Shown piece after piece: positions 41,494-54,806 of a stretch of DNA of 64,000 nucleotides (position 1 is the stretch's first letter; the number at the start of each line of letters is the position of its first letter). A program made the position numbers and the translations under genes. Below the pieces are notes generated by a model that saw nothing but the letters and a program-made list of their open reading frames with translations, was not told the origin of the DNA and searched no databases. Where the stretch lies: the NCBI GenBank assembly GCA_023657425.1, contig JAGTJW010000002.1, positions 50,431 to 114,430 on the forward strand, written 5' to 3'. This DNA is from Ideonella sp. WA131b. GTDB taxonomy: Bacteria > Pseudomonadota > Gammaproteobacteria > Burkholderiales > Burkholderiaceae_C.

Positions 41494-42505
41494 ATGTCAG
41501 AGATCTGGATCGAGGATTTTCACGACCCAGCCGATGGCGAAGACTGGCTTCCGGCGTTCAATCGCGCGCAGGCCGCCCACGGCAGCTTCGCCACGGATAC
41601 GGCGCTGGCCCAGGCCGCACCGTTCTATGCCTTCCGGGGATTCACGCTGCGCTTCGGGCCGCGCAGCGATCGCTTCTCCGGGCCGATCGAGCTGCGTTGC
41701 CCGATGGCGCTGGTGGGCAGCGGGGGCCTGTCCAGCTACGCGGGCAGCATCCTGATGTTTCCCAAAGGCGTGCGCGGCATCATCGTGCACGGGGCCAACA
41801 CCATCCGTCACGCCAAATCTGCAGGCGTTGGTGGAGGACCAGGATGCCCAAGCGCTGTTCGACCGCCTGACGCAGTACCACGCCAGCCTTCTGGCCGAGT
41901 CACGGCTGATCGCCGCCGAGGTCGACCGGCAACTGCTCGCTGCCGGGCAAGAGCCGGCCGCAGAACACCTGTGCGCCGTGATGTTCGACAACCCCTATGG
42001 CGCAGGCGGGAATGTGCTCATGAACGTGTATGCCGAATCCAACGGCCCCGGCGCCGGTGAAGTGCACCAGGTCGGCCAGGTCAACCTGTGCCTCAACAGC
42101 CCCGCGATCAGCAATGGCAGCGAGGCCATGGGTTTTTCCACCCAGGACTTCAAGGCCAGCATCGATGGCGGCGTGCTGGCCGCCACCAGCGGGCTTGAGG
42201 CCTCCGGGCCCATCAGCGCCTCCGGGCCCATCAGCAGCGAGGCGGACATCCGCAGCGGAGCCGACATCCATGCAGCGGGTGATCTGGCGGGCGGCAGCCT
42301 GGCGCTGCGCGCGCTGTCGGGCCATGGGCCCGAGGTTCGCATCACGGCCGGCGGGCTGCCCCGCGGGCCCCAGGCGCCGCGTGCCGCCGTGGGCGACATC
42401 GTGCTCAACACCGATCCCCGCATCGGCCAGCCCATCGGCTGGGTGATGACGGCGCAAGGCTGGGCGCGTTTTGGCCCGATCAGCCGGGAGACGCGGGTGA
42501 TCTGA
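41494..42505 (+). pseudogene. frameshifted/internally deleted beta-helix or tail-fibre-like gene
   Basis: SD GGAGGG + ATG 41494 (SEIWIEDF..DGEDWLPAFNRA, pectate-lyase-like N-terminus). Protein-like sequence continues in another frame from ~41828 and ends GQPIGWV...GWARFGPI. Confidence 0.5.
42200..42235 (+). repeat. 18-bp tandem duplication (ASGPIS x2)
   Basis: GCCTCCGGGCCCATCAGC twice, in frame. Confidence 0.85.
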
Positions 42506-42580
42506 TCCACGCGGTGCGGGCCAAGACCGCATCGCCCGCGCGGCCCCTGCCGCTGCCGAGTACCCGACACGAGACGCCCC

Positions 42581-43579
42581 TTGACTGCCCCCTTCGCGCA
42601 TCCCTGGCGCCTGTCCGTCGCCCCGATGATGGACTGGACGGATCGCCATTGCCGCGTGCTGCACCGGCTCATCACCCGCCACACGCGGCTGTACACCGAG
42701 ATGGTGACCACGGGTGCGCTGCTGCACGGCGACGTGCCGCGCCACCTGGACTACAGCGAGGCCGAGCACCCGGTGGCGCTGCAGCTCGGCGGCAGCGAGC
42801 CCGAAGACCTGGCCGCTTGCGCCAGGCTGGCCGAGCGCTGGGGCTACGACGAGGTCAACCTCAACTGCGGCTGCCCGAGCGAGCGCGTGCAGCGGGGCGC
42901 CTTCGGGGCCTGCCTGATGGCGGAGCCCGTGCTCGTGGCCGATGGCGTGGCCGCGATGCGCGAGGCCTGCACGCTGCCGGTGACGGTGAAACACCGCATC
43001 GGCATCGACCGCGGCGATAGCTACGACGTCGTGCGCGATTTTGTCGGCACCGTGCACCGGCGCGGCGGCTGCACAGTGTTCATCGTGCACGCGCGCAATG
43101 CCTGGCTGCAAGGCCTGAGCCCCAAGGAGAACCGCGAGATCCCGCCCCTGCGCTACGAACGGGTGCACCGTCTCAAGCGCGACTTCCCGGCGCTCACCAT
43201 CGCGATCAACGGCGGGCTGACCAACGACGAGGCGCTGGCCGAACAGCTGCAGCATGTCGACGGCGCCATGGTCGGCCGCCACGCCTACCACGAGCCCTGG
43301 GCGATGGCCGGCTGGGACACGCGCTTTCTGGGCGCCTCCGCGCCCGCCGTCGGCACGCGCGAGGCTGTGGAAGAGGCCTTTGTGGCCTACATGGAAGGCC
43401 TGGCCGGGCAGGGCACGCCCTGGTCGCATGCCAGCCGCCACCTGCTGGGCCTGTACAACGGCCAGCCCGGCGCGCGGCGCTGGCGCCAGGTGTGGAGCGA
43501 CCACCGCCTCAAGGGCGAGCGCCCGAGCACCGTGATGCGCCTGGCCCGCGAAGCCATGGCCGCACGGGCGCTGGCCTAA
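42581..43579 (+). CDS. dusA: tRNA dihydrouridine(20/20a) synthase DusA
   Basis: SVAPMMDWTDRHCR, LYTEMV, NLNCGCPSERVQ.GAFGACLM, LSPKENREIPPL. Confidence 0.96.
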   Translation: MTAPFAHPWRLSVAPMMDWTDRHCRVLHRLITRHTRLYTEMVTTGALLHGDVPRHLDYSEAEHPVALQLGGSEPEDLAACARLAERWGYDEVNLNCGCPSERVQRGAFGACLMAEPVLVADGVAAMREACTLPVTVKHRIGIDRGDSYDVVRDFVGTVHRRGGCTVFIVHARNAWLQGLSPKENREIPPLRYERVHRLKRDFPALTIAINGGLTNDEALAEQLQHVDGAMVGRHAYHEPWAMAGWDTRFLGASAPAVGTREAVEEAFVAYMEGLAGQGTPWSHASRHLLGLYNGQPGARRWRQVWSDHRLKGERPSTVMRLAREAMAARALA

Positions 43580-43589
43580 CATCGCCGGC

Positions 43590-44498
43590 ATGAGCGAACC
43601 GTCTTCTCCCGCGCCCGTGCTGGGCATCATCGGCGGCAGCGGCCTGTACGACCTGCCGGGCCTCGTCGACACCCGCTGGGTCGAGGTCGACACGCCCTGG
43701 GGCGCACCGTCCGACGCCATCTTCCGTGGCCGGCTGGTCACCGAGGCCGGCAGCGCCGAGCTGGCCTTTCTGCCACGCCACGGCCGCGGGCACCGCATCC
43801 CGCCGTCCGAGGTGAACTACCGCGCCAACGTGGCCGCGCTCAAGAGCCTGGGCGTGACCGACATCCTGTCGCTCTCGGCCGTGGGGAGCTTGCGCGCCGA
43901 CCTCCCGCCGGGCAGCTTTGTGATCGTCGACCAGTTCATCGACCGCACCGCGCAGCGCCCGAGCAGCTTCTTCGGCCGCGGGCTCGTGGCCCATGTCTCG
44001 ATGGCCGACCCGGTGTGCCCGCGTCTGGGCGACCCTGTCGGGCGTGCGCTGCAGCGCCAGGGCGTGCGCCACGTGCGCGGCGGCACCTACCTGTGCATCG
44101 AGGGGCCGCAGTTCAGCACCCGCGCCGAGAGCGCGCTGTACCGGTCGTGGAACTGCAGCGTCATCGGCATGACCAACCTGCCCGAGGCCAAGCTCGCGCG
44201 CGAGGCCGAGATCTGCTATGCCAGCGTCGGCATGGTCACCGACTTCGACTGCTGGCACCCGGCGCACGACGCGGTGACGGTGGACGCGGTGATCCAGGTG
44301 CTGCTGGCCAATGCCGGTGCCGCGCGCACCCTGGTGGCCGGCCTGGCGCACGATGTGACGCACGACCCCGAGGCCGCCGCCTGCCCCTGCCGCACAGCGC
44401 TGGAGCACGCGCTGATCACCGCACCCGAGGCGCGCGACCCGGCGATGGTGAACATGCTCTCGGGCATCGCCGGCCGCGTGCTGGGCCGTGCAGCCTGA
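43590..44498 (+). CDS. mtnP: S-methyl-5'-thioadenosine phosphorylase
   Basis: GIIGGSGLY, FLPRHGRGH, EGPQFSTRAES, GMTNLPEAKLAREAE, TDFDCWH. Confidence 0.93.
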   Translation: MSEPSSPAPVLGIIGGSGLYDLPGLVDTRWVEVDTPWGAPSDAIFRGRLVTEAGSAELAFLPRHGRGHRIPPSEVNYRANVAALKSLGVTDILSLSAVGSLRADLPPGSFVIVDQFIDRTAQRPSSFFGRGLVAHVSMADPVCPRLGDPVGRALQRQGVRHVRGGTYLCIEGPQFSTRAESALYRSWNCSVIGMTNLPEAKLAREAEICYASVGMVTDFDCWHPAHDAVTVDAVIQVLLANAGAARTLVAGLAHDVTHDPEAAACPCRTALEHALITAPEARDPAMVNMLSGIAGRVLGRAA

Positions 44499-44511
44499 GC
44501 CCGGCGTGACC

Positions 44512-45612
<1,101 letters not shown>

Positions 45613-45622
45613 ACACAGCCCC

Positions 45623-46276
45623 ATGAGCGCCGACGAGGCCCGCCGCGCAGAGCTGGTGGCCACCGTGCGCCGGCTCGATGCGCACGGTCTCAACCGCGGC
45701 AGCACCGGCAACGCCAGCGTGCGCGACGCGGCGGGGCAGGGCGTGTGGATCACGCCCACCGGCATGGGCGCCGAGGTCGAGCCGGACGATCTGGTGTGGC
45801 TCTCGCTCGATGGGGCGCAGGTGCGCGGGCGCTGGCAGCCCAGCAGCGAGTGGCACTTTCACCTGGCGGCACACCGCGCGCGGCCCGGCCGCCAGGCCGT
45901 GCTGCACACCCACAGCCCGCACGCCACGGCGCTGGCCTGCCTGCGGCGGCCGTTGCCGCCCTTCCACTACATGGTGGCCATCGCCGGTGGCCACGAAGTG
46001 CCGCTGGTGCCCTACCACCTGTTCGGCACCGAGGCGCTGTCGCAGGGCGTGGGCGCGGCCCTGGCCGAGGTGGATGCCTGCCTGCTGGCCAACCACGGCC
46101 TCATCGCGGCCGGCAGCAGCCTGGCACAGGCCGAGAAGGTGCTGACGGAGATCGAGGCGCTGTGCGGCGTCTACCTGCAGGCCATGGCCGTGGGTGAGCC
46201 CGCGCTGCTCAGCCCCGCCGACATGGCCGAGGTGCAGGAGCGCTTCCGAGACTACGGCCGCGCGCGGCGGTCGTGA
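45623..46276 (+). CDS. class II aldolase (FucA-like; Ald2-type of the DHAP shunt)
   Basis: GSTGNAS, PSSEWHFH, HTHSPHAT, FHYMVA.AGG, LLANHG. Confidence 0.88.
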   Translation: MSADEARRAELVATVRRLDAHGLNRGSTGNASVRDAAGQGVWITPTGMGAEVEPDDLVWLSLDGAQVRGRWQPSSEWHFHLAAHRARPGRQAVLHTHSPHATALACLRRPLPPFHYMVAIAGGHEVPLVPYHLFGTEALSQGVGAALAEVDACLLANHGLIAAGSSLAQAEKVLTEIEALCGVYLQAMAVGEPALLSPADMAEVQERFRDYGRARRS

Positions 46277-46361
46277 GCCATCGGTGGCCGCACGGTCAGC
46301 CGATCTCGGGTCCACCCGCCCGGCCGAATCAAGTATGCCAAGCAGGGACTTTTTCTCGGGC

Positions 46362-46388
46362 TCATGTTGCCCCGGTTGTGGACGATAT
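46362..46388 (+). promoter_or_regulatory. putative sigma28 (FliA) promoter
   Basis: TCATGTTG-N11-GACGATAT upstream of the second MCP. Confidence 0.35.
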
Positions 46389-46507
46389 GGACTCCGTGAT
46401 GGACGCGATCCCGAGCAGATGGGCCTGAGCGCGCTGAGGTCCGCATCCCATCCCCCATGAACACCCGATCAACATCAAACCGCCCCTTTTGTGAAGTGAA
46501 TCGGAAC

Positions 46508-48280
46508 ATGACACTGATCAAGTCGATTGGCCTCACCGGCCGCTTGTACACCGCCGTCGCGTTGGTCATCGTCGGCCTCGTGGCCTCTTCGGTCTACACG
46601 GCCCAGCAGCTCGGCCAGATCGACGCCGGCACGGAGCGCGCCGAGCGCGTGCTGGTGCCGCAGCTCGATCGCATGGCCGACGTCGAACTGGCCATCACCC
46701 GCAGCTCGCTCCAGGTGCGCCACGCCATGTTGGCGCGCACGCCCGAAGAGCGGGCCGCAACCCTGGCCAGCATCGGCCAGCTCAAGTCCAACATCGACGC
46801 GCTGATGGCCGAGTTCGAGAAGAACTTGTCCACCGATGCGGGCCGCAAGCGCATCGGTGGCTTGAAGGCCGCCATGGCGAACTTCTGGACGGTGGGCGGC
46901 GAGAACATCGGCTTGATCAAGGCAGGCGACACCGCCGGGGCCTTCGCCTTCCTGGTGGACAAGACCATCCCTGCGCGCGACGCGCTGCTTACCCAGATCT
47001 CCGAGACGGTCAACTACCAGGAAGACACCCTGCGTTCCCAGATCGCCGCGGTGCGAGGGCCGGCCACGAGCACGCGCAACGGCGTCATCGCAATGGGCAT
47101 CGCCATCTCCCTGGGCCTGATGTTGCTGGCCTGGACCGTGGGCAACCAGCTGCGGGGCCGGGTGCGCGAGGCGCGGGAAACCGCCGAACGGGTTCGTGAT
47201 GGCGACTTCGCCCGAGCGGTGGTCGACCCCAGACGCGACGAGTTCTCGCCCCTCATCGCAGCCTTGGGCGAGATGCAGACCTCGCTGACCCGCGTGGTGG
47301 TCGAGGTGCGTGCCAATGCCGAGAACGTGGCCACGGCCAGCGCGCAGATCGCCCAGGGCAACAAGGACCTGAGCCACCGCACGGAGCAGCAGGCCAGTTC
47401 GCTGCAGCAGACCGCCGCCACGATGGAAGAGCTGGGCACGACGGTGCGCCAGAACGCCGACAACGCCCAGCAGGCCAACCAGCTGGCGCGCGCCGCCTCG
47501 GGCGTGGCGGTCAAGGGCGGCGAAGTCGTGGGTCAGGTGGTCGAGACCATGAAGGGCATCAGCGACAGCTCGCGTCGCATTGCCGACATCATCGGCACCA
47601 TCGATGGCATCGCTTTCCAGACCAACATCCTGGCGCTGAATGCCGCGGTGGAAGCGGCGCGTGCCGGCGAGCAAGGTCGCGGGTTTGCCGTCGTGGCCAG
47701 CGAAGTCCGCAGCCTGGCGCAGCGCAGCGCCGAGGCGGCCAAGGAGATCAAGAGTCTGATCGGTGCCAGCGTGGAGCGTGTCGAGGAAGGCACTGCCCTG
47801 GTCGGCAAGGCCGGGCAGACCATGGACGAGGTGGTGAGTTCGATCCGTCGCGTGACCGACATCGTCGGTGAGATCAGCTCGGCTTCGGTGGAGCAGAGCA
47901 GCGGCGTCGGCCAAGTGGGTCAGGCCGTGACCCAGATGGACCAGGCCACGCAGCAGAACGCCGCGCTGGTGGAACAGAGCGCCGCCGCCGCGGAGAGCCT
48001 GAAGACCCAGGCCGATACCCTGGTGCGGACGGTGAGCGTGTTCAAGCTCGCGCACGGCCCGCAGGCCACAGCCACGCCGACAGCCGCCGCCCCGCAGGAT
48101 GGCCACAGCATCGGGCGTCGCAGCCCGGTTCGGGCCACCCATGTGACGCGACCCGAATTCGGCAAGAAGGCGGCGGCACCGCTCCCTGCGGCGCCGCCGG
48201 CCAAGGCGCCCGAGGCGGCACAGGCAGCCGAATCAGCGCCGCAGAAGACCGGCACCGACGACGAGTGGGCGAGCTTCTGA
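46508..48280 (+). CDS. methyl-accepting chemotaxis protein
   Basis: Two TM helices, four-helix sensor, HAMP-like region, [30 protein letters not shown]; C-terminal EWASF. Confidence 0.95.
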   Translation: MTLIKSIGLTGRLYTAVALVIVGLVASSVYTAQQLGQIDAGTERAERVLVPQLDRMADVELAITRSSLQVRHAMLARTPEERAATLASIGQLKSNIDALMAEFEKNLSTDAGRKRIGGLKAAMANFWTVGGENIGLIKAGDTAGAFAFLVDKTIPARDALLTQISETVNYQEDTLRSQIAAVRGPATSTRNGVIAMGIAISLGLMLLAWTVGNQLRGRVREARETAERVRDGDFARAVVDPRRDEFSPLIAALGEMQTSLTRVVVEVRANAENVATASAQIAQGNKDLSHRTEQQASSLQQTAATMEELGTTVRQNADNAQQANQLARAASGVAVKGGEVVGQVVETMKGISDSSRRIADIIGTIDGIAFQTNILALNAAVEAARAGEQGRGFAVVASEVRSLAQRSAEAAKEIKSLIGASVERVEEGTALVGKAGQTMDEVVSSIRRVTDIVGEISSASVEQSSGVGQVGQAVTQMDQATQQNAALVEQSAAAAESLKTQADTLVRTVSVFKLAHGPQATATPTAAAPQDGHSIGRRSPVRATHVTRPEFGKKAAAPLPAAPPAKAPEAAQAAESAPQKTGTDDEWASF

Positions 48281-48371
48281 TCGCCGCAGCCCGGTCTTGA
48301 GCCGTCGCCCGCGACGCCGGGTTGGTGGGCGACAAGCCATCGACGCAGCGCGGGCGGGGCTCCTCAGCCTT

Positions 48372-49604
48372 TCATGCCCCCTTCGCCTCGCCGAGCGACT
48401 CCGGCACGAAGCGCAGCTCGGCCAGCCGTTCCAGCTCGGGCAGGGCGTCCATTCCCAGCGCGGCGCCCGGGGTGAGGAGCCCTGCGGGCGCGGCGTCCTG
48501 GCGCAGCAGGGTGCGCGCGCAGGCCACGATGACGCGGCTGGTGGCGCCGTAGCCGGGGTCGCGCCGGCCGATCACGCGCAGCGCATGGCGCTGGCCGTCG
48601 GCGCCCAGACCGCTGACGTGGATCTCGTAGCGGCCGGCCTCGCGCGCGGCCGGCGACGGGCCTTTGCCGGGGCCGGGCAACACCAGGTGCCGCAGCAGCG
48701 CGCGGCCGGGCCGCGAAGCCAGCAGCCGGTCTTGCAGACGCTGCTGGCGGACGACGCCGCGCGCGCGCAACTCGCCTTCCAGGCCGGCGCCGCAGGCGAT
48801 GCGCTCGTCGTACACGAAGCCCTCGCCCCAGCGGTGGCCCAGCAGCGCGTTGGTGCGGTGCACGTTCTTGGTGTTGATGGCCGCCATCACGAAGGGCGCG
48901 CTCCACTGGCCGAGGTCGTCGTCGTAGCTCACCTCGGCCGTCGAGGGCTGCGGCGGGCCCTGGAAGTCGGGCACCAGCGCAAACGGGTTGGCCATGTCGC
49001 GCGCCGCCTGCGGGTCGCGCGCCGTGGCCGCCAGCGTGGCCAGCAGGCTGGCCGCGGTGCCGCCGGAGTAGCCCCCCTTCATCACCAGCACGCGCGACTT
49101 CACCGCGCCCAGCGCCTGGCCCGTGCGCGAGCGCGCCAGGTACTGAAGCGCCAGGACGCCCAGATCGAAAGGCACGGAGTCGAAGCCGCAGGAGAACACG
49201 ATGCGGGCGCCGCTGGCGCGCGCCGCAGCGTCATGTCGGCGGATCATTGCGGCCATCCAGGCCGGCTCGCCGCAGAGGTCGTGGTAGTGGGTGCAGGCGG
49301 CGATGCAGGCCCGCAACAGCGCCTCGCCGCCCAACTGATACGGCCCGACGGTGCTGATGACGGCCCGCGTGCGCAGCGCCAGGCGCAGCAGGGCGGCCGG
49401 GTCGCCTGCATCGGCCTCGATCAGCGGGTGGTCTCGGGCCAGTCCCAGCGCCGCGGCCAAGGCGCGCAGCTTGCCGCCGCTGCGCCCGGCCAGCGCCCAG
49501 CGCAAGCCGTCGCCGCCGCCGTGCAGGGCCATCACCTCGGCCACCAGACGGCCCGTGTAGCCCGTGGCGCCAAACACCACGAGATCCAGTTCGCGTTGAT
49601 TCAT
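48372..49604 (-). CDS. saccharopine dehydrogenase-like / trans-acting enoyl reductase family oxidoreductase
   Basis: VVFGATGYTG, LAGRS, TVGPY, YHDLCGE, CGFDSVPFDLG, DPGYGAT. Confidence 0.85.
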   Translation of the reverse strand: MNQRELDLVVFGATGYTGRLVAEVMALHGGGDGLRWALAGRSGGKLRALAAALGLARDHPLIEADAGDPAALLRLALRTRAVISTVGPYQLGGEALLRACIAACTHYHDLCGEPAWMAAMIRRHDAAARASGARIVFSCGFDSVPFDLGVLALQYLARSRTGQALGAVKSRVLVMKGGYSGGTAASLLATLAATARDPQAARDMANPFALVPDFQGPPQPSTAEVSYDDDLGQWSAPFVMAAINTKNVHRTNALLGHRWGEGFVYDERIACGAGLEGELRARGVVRQQRLQDRLLASRPGRALLRHLVLPGPGKGPSPAAREAGRYEIHVSGLGADGQRHALRVIGRRDPGYGATSRVIVACARTLLRQDAAPAGLLTPGAALGMDALPELERLAELRFVPESLGEAKGA

Positions 49605-50509
49605 GTGTTGGCCTTGTCTGGCCAGGTGGCCAGCAGCAGCCCCGCCAGTCCCAGCCCGAAGGCCAGCACGTGGACGGCGCCGAAAGATTCGCCCAGCACA
49701 CCGATGCCCACCAGCGCGGCGCTCACCGGCAGCATCACCGTGAAGACCCCGGCGCGCGACGAGGGCACGTGCCGCAGCCCCTGCATCCACAGCCACACCG
49801 TCACCATGCTGGCAGCCACGGCGTAGAACACCAACAGCCCCCAGGTGGGCCCGGTGACGGCGCCGAAGTCGAAGGACAAGGCCTGCCACAGCCCGAAGGG
49901 CGTGACCAGCGCCAGCCCCCACAGGTTGATCAGCGCACTGATGCGCCGCGCCGGCACGCGGCCGCTGAGCCGCTTGCCGATGACGACGTAGCTGGCCTCG
50001 CAGACCACCGCCGCGAGCAGCAGTGCATAGCCCCATGGCGAGGCGGCAGACGCAGTGCCGGCGCCGCCCTCGCCAACCCGGGCCAGCGCCAGCAGGCCGA
50101 TGCCCAGCGCCGCGCAACCGATGGCGCCGGCCACGCGCGGCGTGATGCGCTCGCCCAGGAACAGCCACGACATCAGCGCCACTGTCGCCGGGATGGCGGC
50201 CATGGTCACTCCAGCGGCCAGTGCGGAACTCAGCGCCACGCCATAAAGCATGCAGATGCTGAAGAGGAAGTTGCCGAGGAAGCTCTCCCAGAACAACAGC
50301 ACGCGGTCGGGGCGCGACAGCGCCGGCTCGCCCGGGCGCCGCCGCACCCAGTGCGCCATGGCCACGGCGGCGATGCCGAAGCGCAGCCAGGCCAGCAGCA
50401 GCACCGGGAACACGGCCACCAGCAGCTTGCTCAGGCCCACGTAGCTGCCCACCAGCGCCATGCTGGCGGCGAGGCTGGCGTAGGCCCAGGCCGGTGGGTG
50501 CGAAGTCAC
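49601..50509 (-). CDS. DMT/EamA family transporter
   Basis: LVGSYVGLSK, LAWLRFG, 10-TM pattern, LPVSAALVG..LGE. Confidence 0.85.
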   Translation of the reverse strand: MTSHPPAWAYASLAASMALVGSYVGLSKLLVAVFPVLLLAWLRFGIAAVAMAHWVRRRPGEPALSRPDRVLLFWESFLGNFLFSICMLYGVALSSALAAGVTMAAIPATVALMSWLFLGERITPRVAGAIGCAALGIGLLALARVGEGGAGTASAASPWGYALLLAAVVCEASYVVIGKRLSGRVPARRISALINLWGLALVTPFGLWQALSFDFGAVTGPTWGLLVFYAVAASMVTVWLWMQGLRHVPSSRAGVFTVMLPVSAALVGIGVLGESFGAVHVLAFGLGLAGLLLATWPDKANT

Positions 50510-50519
50510 TGCGGCGGCG

Positions 50520-51832
50520 TCAGAACGCGGTGGCGTGGCGCTCGCGTTCCCAGTCCGACACGTGGCTGCGCCAGGCCTGGGACTCGGCGCGCTTGAGCGC
50601 CACGAACTCGCGCAGCAGCGCCGGGCCGAGCGTGGCCGTCACCACGGCATCGGCTTCGAGTGCATCCAGCGCTTCGTCCAGCAGCGCGGGCAGGCGCGGC
50701 AGTTCGGGGTGCGGCACTTCGGAGAGGTCGTGCGTGCAGGCCGGTCCGGGGTCGAGGCGGCGGGCGAGGCCGTCCAGGCCGGCGTCGATGAGCGTCGCGC
50801 AGGCCAGGTAGACGTTGGCCGAGGCATCAGGCACGCGCCACTCGAAGCGCCCGGGCAGCGTGCGCACCGGGGCCGTTCGGTTGTTGGGGCCGTGGGCCAC
50901 GACGGCCGGCGACCAGGTGGTGCCGCTGATCGACGCCGTGGCCCCAAGCCGCTTGTACGAGTTGACGGTGGGCGCGGCCAGCGCGGTGAGTGCGCGCGCG
51001 TGGGCCAGCACGCCGCCGATGAAGTGGCGCAGAGCGGCCTCGTCGGCCGGTGTGGCCGCGCCTCGCCACAGCGAGACATGGAAGTGCAGCCCGCTGCCCG
51101 GCTGACCTTCGAAGGGCTTGGGCATCATCGAGAACAGGCGCCCGTGGCGTTCGGCCAGCGCCTGCGCGGCCAGCTTGAACAGCATCAGCCGGTCGCAGCT
51201 GGCCAGCGCCTCGGCATGGCGCCAGTTCAGCTCGTACTGGCCGTGCGCGTCTTCGTGGTCGATCTGCTGCACCTCGAAGCCGCAGGCCTCGAGCGCGGCT
51301 CGCAGTTCGTGCAGCAAGGGCCAGGGCCGCTGCAGCGAGGCGAGGTCGTAGCTGGGCTTGGACAGCCGGTCGTGGTCGTCGGCCGCCACGATGCGGCCGG
51401 CAGCATCGCGCTTGAGCAGGAAGAACTCGGGTTCGATGCCCAACTGCATCGACAAGCCCGCGGCGCGCAGCCGCGCCAGTGCGCGGTGCAGCACCTGGCG
51501 CGGACAGGCCTCGAAGGGCTGGCCATCGACAAAGCCGTCGCCCACGATGCGCGCCACGCCGGGCAGCCAGGGCAGGGGCTGGATGGTGGCGGCATCGCCG
51601 CGTGCGCAGTACTCGGCGCGCGGGCCCGTGCGCGGCAGGCCAGTGCCCCAGATGGACGGGCCGGCGAAGCCGGCGCCCGTGGCCAGCAGTTCGGGCAGTT
51701 GAGCCAGCGGCACCAGCTTGCCCTTGGCAGTGCCGTGCACGTCGGCAAACTGCACCAGAAGCGTGTGGATGCCGGCGGCCGCAAGGCGTGTCTGCAGGGC
51801 TTCGACAGGCTCAGCCCGAACGGCGGGATCGA

Positions 51833-51836
<4 letters not shown>
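50520..51836 (-). CDS. glutamine synthetase-like gamma-glutamyl-amine ligase (GlnT/GmaS-like)
   Basis: QFADVHG.AKGKLVP, GIEPEFF, DHEDAHGQYE, MPKPF..QPGSGLHFH, TVNSYKRL, NNRT. Confidence 0.85.
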
Positions 51837-53325
<1,489 letters not shown>

Positions 53326-53326
<1 letters not shown>

Positions 53327-54768
53327 CAGAAGCTCACGACCACCGAAGCGCCGAGCAGCGTGTTGCTCTTGTAGTAGCGGCTGCTCTTGGTGTCGTAGAA
53401 GACCGGCTGGCTGGCACCGTCCTGGCGCAGCTCGAACTTGACGACGGTGTTCTCGTCGTAGAGGTAGTTCATGCCCAGCGTGAGCGCCCAGCGGTTGCTG
53501 CCCACGCTCTCGCTCTTGGCGTAGTTGCCGTCGGCGTCGAGGCCCCGGCCGATGCCGTTGATGCCGTCGTCAAAGCTGTAGCCGAGCAGGCCGCCGCCGT
53601 TTTTCTTGTTGTTGATGTAGTCGGCACGCAGCACGCCTTCCAGACGCGGCGTGACCTTGTAGGCCACCGTGCTTGACAGACCCCACCAGCGCGCGTCGCG
53701 CAACTGGCCGTCGCTGTTGTAGATGGCGGCACGCTTCTGCTGGCCGAAGCTGACCTGGCCGTACAGGCTCCAGTCGCCGCGCGTGAAGTAGGCGTCGACC
53801 TCGAAGAGGTTGGCCATGGTGTTCTTGCCGGCGCCCGGGAAAGGCGTGTCCTCGAAAATCGCATCGCCGGTGTCCGGGTCGGTCTCCCCGGTGTCGACGC
53901 TGTAGGTGCCGTCGGCCGCGAAGTTGGGGATCTTCCCGTGCACCCCGCTGAAGCCGAAGCCCGAGAACTCGCCCTTGGAGTAGTCAACCCGGTAGATGAT
54001 GACCGGCGAGTTGTTGCCTGGGCTCTGGCGTGCGCTGTTGAAGTTGGCCAGGCCGACGCGGCTCCACCACTTGCCGCGCGTCACGTCGAGCACGGCACCG
54101 GTGTAGTTCGTGGGCGCCGTGAAATCGAAGAGCAGGTTGTGCGTGATCAGCTTGTTGCCGGCCGGCAGCGTGATCTCGTAGCCCGTCCAGTCGGGGATCT
54201 GGCCCAGCCACAGGCGGGTCTGCAGGTCGGACAGCGGCAGCGACACCGAGGCCTCGTGCACGATGGATCGGCTGTTGGCCACCGCACCGGTGCCGCGCTC
54301 GGGCGCCAGGGTCAGCTTCCACTTCGTGCCGCCTTCGGTCTCTTTCTCGAAGTCGATGACGGCCATGCCGAAGTAGCCGTTGTCGTAGGTGTAGCGCGCG
54401 TCGCCGTTGTTCAGGAAGACGAAGGTGCGGTCATTCTGGCGGCGGTTGACGATGTAGGTGGGATCGATCTGGCCGCTGATCTTCAGGCCCTTGAAGCCCT
54501 GGTCGGTGAAGTTGTCCTGCAACGCCTCGGTCTTGACGGCGATGCGGCTGACCTCGCGCGCCTGCTCCGGCGTCATGCCCCACTCGCCCGGTTTGGGCGC
54601 GGCCGGCTGGGCGCGCGCCTGCCGCTCCAGCTGCTCCACGCGCTCGCGCAGCGCCTTGATCTCCTGCAGCAGCGCGTCCTGGCCCTGCGCGGCCGCGGGC
54701 AGTGCGGTGGTGACGAGGGCGGCGGCGGCAATGGCGCGGAGCGCGGTGTTCGGGGCAGGGCAGGTCAT
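53326..54768 (-). CDS. DUF3138 family outer-membrane beta-barrel (putative porin)
   Basis: Signal peptide, coiled-coil, then amphipathic beta strands; FKGLKISGQIDPTY, HEAS, terminal Phe (VVSF). Confidence 0.75.
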
Positions 54769-54806
54769 GGGTTCTCCTCGGCCGGTTGTGGGTTCTCGAT
54801 CAGGGC

